9,616 nucleotides of DNA from a virus (taxonomy: Duplodnaviria > Heunggongvirae > Uroviricota > Caudoviricetes): the IMG/VR virus record IMGVR_UViG_2636415712_000002; one strand, written 5' to 3'. The position numbers and the translations under genes are program-made. Each line of letters begins with the position of its first letter. Position 1 is the stretch's first letter. Shown piece after piece: positions 6,986 to 9,616 of the stretch. The notes under the pieces were generated by a model that searched no databases, was not told the origin of the DNA, and saw only the letters and a program-made list of their open reading frames with translations.

Positions 6986-8014
6986 ATGGGATTGTTTACG
7001 ACCCGCCAGTTACTCGGTTATACCGAACAAAAAGTTAAATTTCGTGCGCTGTTTCTGGAGCTGTTTTTCCGCCGTACGGTGAATTTCCATACCGAAGAGG
7101 TAATGCTGGACAAAATTACCGGAAAAACGCCGGTGGCGGCCTATGTCTCCCCGGTTGTTGAAGGAAAGGTGTTGCGTCACCGTGGCGGTGAAACTCGTGT
7201 ACTGCGCCCGGGCTACGTTAAGCCGAAACACGAATTTAATTACCAGCAGGCGGTGGAGCGTCTTCCCGGTGAAGATCCGGCCCAGCTGAACGACCCGGCT
7301 TACCGTCGCCTGCGTATCATCACCGATAACCTCAAACAGGAAGAGCACGCCATTGTCCAGGTGGAAGAGATGCAGGCGGTGAATGCCGTGCTGTATGGCA
7401 AATACACCATGGAAGGAGAGCAGTTTGAAACTGTTGAGGTCGATTTTGGCCGGTCGGTGGGAAATAACATTACGCAGGCAGGAGGGACGGAGTGGAGCGC
7501 TCAGGACCGCGATACCTTTGATCCGACGCATGATCTGGATGCGTACTGTGATTTTGCTTCCGGCACCATCAATATTGCCATTATGGATGGTAAGGTCTGG
7601 CGTCTGCTGAATGGCTTTAAGCTGTTCCGCGAAAAACTGGATACCCGTCGTGGCTCAAATTCACAGCTGGAAACGGCAGTGAAAGACCTGGGGGCGGTGG
7701 TGTCCTTCAAAGGGTATTATGGTGATCTGGCAATCGTGGTGGCAAAAACGTCCTATGTGGCAGAGGACGGTACCGAAAAACGTTATCTGCCGGACGGCAC
7801 ACTGGTACTGGGAAATACGGCCGCAGAGGGTATTCGTTGCTACGGTGCCATTCAGGATGCGCAGGCATTGTCTGAAGGCGTGGTGGCGTCTTCCCGTTAT
7901 CCGAAACACTGGCTGACCGTGGGTGATCCGGCGCGTGAATTCACCATGACGCAGTCCGCGCCGCTGATGGTGCTGCCGGATCCGGATGAGTTTGTGGTGG
8001 TGCAGGTGAAATAA
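6986..8014 (+). CDS. E: Major capsid protein (lambda gpE homolog)
   Basis: 342 aa, collinear with lambda gpE (341 aa): TT.QLL...EQK.KF..LFL.LFFR, PGYVKPKHE, DPAYRR.RII, VEEMQAV.AVL.GKYTM.GE.F..VEVD.GRS..NNITQ.GGTEWS, KEKLDTRRGSNS.LETAVKDLG, LPD.T.VLGNT, ARYPK.W.T.GDPAREFTM.QSAPLM.L.DPDEFV.VQ. AAGGA RBS at 6973..6977. Confidence 0.95.
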   Translation: MGLFTTRQLLGYTEQKVKFRALFLELFFRRTVNFHTEEVMLDKITGKTPVAAYVSPVVEGKVLRHRGGETRVLRPGYVKPKHEFNYQQAVERLPGEDPAQLNDPAYRRLRIITDNLKQEEHAIVQVEEMQAVNAVLYGKYTMEGEQFETVEVDFGRSVGNNITQAGGTEWSAQDRDTFDPTHDLDAYCDFASGTINIAIMDGKVWRLLNGFKLFREKLDTRRGSNSQLETAVKDLGAVVSFKGYYGDLAIVVAKTSYVAEDGTEKRYLPDGTLVLGNTAAEGIRCYGAIQDAQALSEGVVASSRYPKHWLTVGDPAREFTMTQSAPLMVLPDPDEFVVVQVK

Positions 8015-8022
8015 TCCGTGAG

Positions 8023-8046
8023 CGGGAGCTAAATGCTCCCGTTTTT
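8023..8046 (+). terminator. Candidate intrinsic (rho-independent) terminator or attenuator hairpin immediately downstream of E
   Basis: cGGGAGC-taaat-GCTCCCg followed by TTTTT (8042..8046): 7-bp GC-rich stem, 5-nt loop, U-tract, 9 nt after the E stop (8012..8014) and before the FI RBS (AGGAG 8056..8060). Confidence 0.4.
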
Positions 8047-8065
8047 CATTCAATCAGGAGCGGGT

Positions 8066-8452
8066 ATGGCTACGAAAGAAGAAAACCTGAAACGTCTTTG
8101 TGAGCTGGCTGAGAGGCTGGGGCGTGAACCGGATGTCTCCGGTAGTGCGGCAGATATTGCGCAGCGAGTGGCGGAACTGGAGGAAGAGCTTGGAGATGCG
8201 GGGGAGGTCGCAGAGCCGGATACGTACTCACCATCGAAAGATGATCCGACCGCGCATAAAGGCGAGTCAGTTCCTGAACAGCCAGGCATTGTTACCGGAG
8301 ACGAAACGGGGCAGGTTACGGTGGTGGCACTGGCGACACTGCATACAAAATGTAATGGTTCAGTGATATTTGTTTCACCGGGAACGTCGTTTCGTGTTTC
8401 TGCTGAGGTGGCTGCCAGCATGGCGGCAGGTGGTCTGGCAAAAAGGCAGTAA
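8066..8452 (+). CDS. FI: DNA packaging protein FI (lambda gpFI homolog)
   Basis: ATG at 8066 (MATKEENLKRL...) preceded by AGGAG at 8056..8060. Acidic middle region and C-terminus ...VTVVALATLHT...VSPGTSFRVSAEVAASMAAGGLAKRQ vs lambda ...VTVVALVKLHT...VLPGTAFRVSAGVAAEMTERGLARMQ. Track ORF starts at 8033; the RBS-preceded ATG at 8066 is preferred. Confidence 0.85.
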   Translation: MATKEENLKRLCELAERLGREPDVSGSAADIAQRVAELEEELGDAGEVAEPDTYSPSKDDPTAHKGESVPEQPGIVTGDETGQVTVVALATLHTKCNGSVIFVSPGTSFRVSAEVAASMAAGGLAKRQ

Positions 8453-8463
8453 CAGGAGATGTC

Positions 8464-8841
8464 GTGGACGGTTTCGATAATCTGTTTGATGCTGCGCTTG
8501 CCGGTGTCAATGAAGTCATTCTCCGTGATATGGGGATCAGCGCCGTCATTACGTCCGGAGAACTTGAGGGGACACACCTGACAGGGGTTTTTGATGATCC
8601 CGAAAGTATTTCTTTTGTTGCCGGGGGGATCCGGCTTGAGGATTCCTCACCGTGCCTGTTTGTGAAAACGGCAGATATATCGCAGTTACGCCGTCAGGAT
8701 ACGTTAACTATCGGGGATGATTCTTTCTTTGTGGATCGTATTACTCCGGATGACGGGGGATGCTGTTATATCCGGTTAAGGCGGGGCAGTCCTGCCCCAC
8801 AGAATAATGCCAGAATGAGGCGATATGATGAAGGGACTTGA
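8464..8841 (+). CDS. FII: Head-tail connector / head completion protein FII (lambda gpFII homolog)
   Basis: GTG start at 8464 with AGGAG at 8454..8458. .DGFDNLFDAA...GVFDDPE.IS....G.R.E.SSP.LFV.T....QLRR.DTLTIG...F.VDR..PDDGG. vs lambda MADFDNLFDAA...GVFDDPENIS...SSPSLFVRT...QLRRGDTLTIGEENFWVDRVSPDDGG. C-terminus is 8 aa longer than lambda and overlaps the Z start. Confidence 0.85.
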   Translation: MDGFDNLFDAALAGVNEVILRDMGISAVITSGELEGTHLTGVFDDPESISFVAGGIRLEDSSPCLFVKTADISQLRRQDTLTIGDDSFFVDRITPDDGGCCYIRLRRGSPAPQNNARMRRYDEGT

Positions 8842-9412
8842 GAATGCCATCCGCAATCTGAACAGCCTCGATACCCGCATGGTGCCACAGACCAGCGCAT
8901 GGGCGGTAAACCGTGTGGCGGCAAAGATTGTTTCTGTCGCCACACGGCAGGTTGCGCAGAATACCGTTGCCGGGGATAACCAGGTGAAAGGTATTCCCCT
9001 GAAAACGGTCAGGGAGCGTGTCAGGCTGCTTAAAGCCAGCCCCTCAGGAAAAATGTATGCCCGCATGCGTGTTAACCGGGGTAACCTGCCCGCCATTAAG
9101 CTGGGTACCGCACAGGTCAGACTGGCCCGCTCCCGGCATGGCAGCAACTCACGTCATCGTGGCAGCGTACTGAAAGTGGGGAAATACCTTTTCCGGGATG
9201 CGTTTATTCAGCAACTGGCGAATGGTCGCTGGCATGTGATGCGGCGTATTGACGGCAAAAATCGTTACCCCATTGATGTGGTGAAAATCCCGATGTCCGG
9301 ACCGCTGACACAGGCATTTGAAGATGCCCGCGACCGCATCATTGCTGCGGAAATGCCGAAACAGCTGGGGTATGCCCTGAAACAACAACTGAGGTTACAT
9401 CTGAGTAAATGA
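8825..9412 (+). CDS. Z: Tail completion protein Z (lambda gpZ homolog)
   Basis: 195 aa; KGLE.A..NL...AV.RVA......A..QVA..T...VNRG.LP.IKLG.A.V.L.R....FIQQL.NGRWHVM.R..GKNRYPIDVVKIPM..PLT.AF......I......PK.LGYAL..QLR matches lambda gpZ (192 aa). Tandem ATG ATG at 8825..8830; stop overlaps the U start (ATGA, 9409..9412). Confidence 0.9.
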   Translation: MMKGLENAIRNLNSLDTRMVPQTSAWAVNRVAAKIVSVATRQVAQNTVAGDNQVKGIPLKTVRERVRLLKASPSGKMYARMRVNRGNLPAIKLGTAQVRLARSRHGSNSRHRGSVLKVGKYLFRDAFIQQLANGRWHVMRRIDGKNRYPIDVVKIPMSGPLTQAFEDARDRIIAAEMPKQLGYALKQQLRLHLSK

Positions 9413-9616
9413 ACCGACACACACAAATCCGTCAGAGCGTGCTGGCACGCCTTCGGGAACAGTGTGGAGACAGCGCCACGTTTTTTGACGGGCTTCCGGC
9501 ATTTATTGATGCGCAGGAACTGCCTGCCGTGGCGGTGTGGCTGAGTGATGCTCAGTACACCGGAAAAATGACGGATGAAGATGACTGGCAGGCTGTTCTT
9601 CATATTTCCGTCTTTC
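9409..9616 (+). CDS. U: Tail terminator protein U (lambda gpU homolog), partial; 3' end beyond the window
   Basis: My translation from ATG 9409: MNRHTQIRQSVLARLREQCGDSATFFDGLPAFIDAQELPAVAVWLSDAQYTGKMTDEDDWQAVLHISVF... vs lambda gpU ...GATFFDGRPAVFDEADFPAVAVYLTGAEYTGEELDSDTWQAELHIEVF. Absent from the ORF track because it has no stop in the window. Confidence 0.85.
   Translation, partial: MNRHTQIRQSVLARLREQCGDSATFFDGLPAFIDAQELPAVAVWLSDAQYTGKMTDEDDWQAVLHISVF

Noticed and set aside
1-9616. CRISPR array, tRNA/rRNA genes, attachment site, cos site, or a defence or anti-defence cassette
   Set aside because: No spaced short direct repeats with unique spacers, no cloverleaf-like tRNA candidates, and no non-lambda ORFs were seen. 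The cos/Nu1 N-terminal region expected left of about 1200 is replaced by IS sequence. No novel system is supportable from this window.

Overview
This window is the head/packaging arm of a lambda-like prophage, in canonical lambda gene order on the + strand: nu1 (C-terminal remnant only), A, W, B, C with nested Nu3-like scaffold, D, E, FI, FII, Z and the start of U. Every sizeable + strand ORF aligns, from my recollection of the lambda proteins, to its lambda counterpart; no database search was run. The left ~1.2 kb is not phage: it holds the end of an IS629-like IS3-family element (minus strand, running off the window) inserted into a second IS3-family element (+ strand, orfB only), and this composite replaces the 5' part of nu1 and any cos site. 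The portal gene B carries a +1 frameshift at a T6 run, and the C/Nu3 scaffold region carries an internal duplication absent from lambda. I see no rRNA, tRNA, CRISPR array or non-lambda cargo gene, and no evidence of a novel defence or accessory system. The honest reading is an IS-disrupted, probably defective lambdoid prophage in an IS-rich enterobacterial genome (E. coli/Shigella-like; inference).
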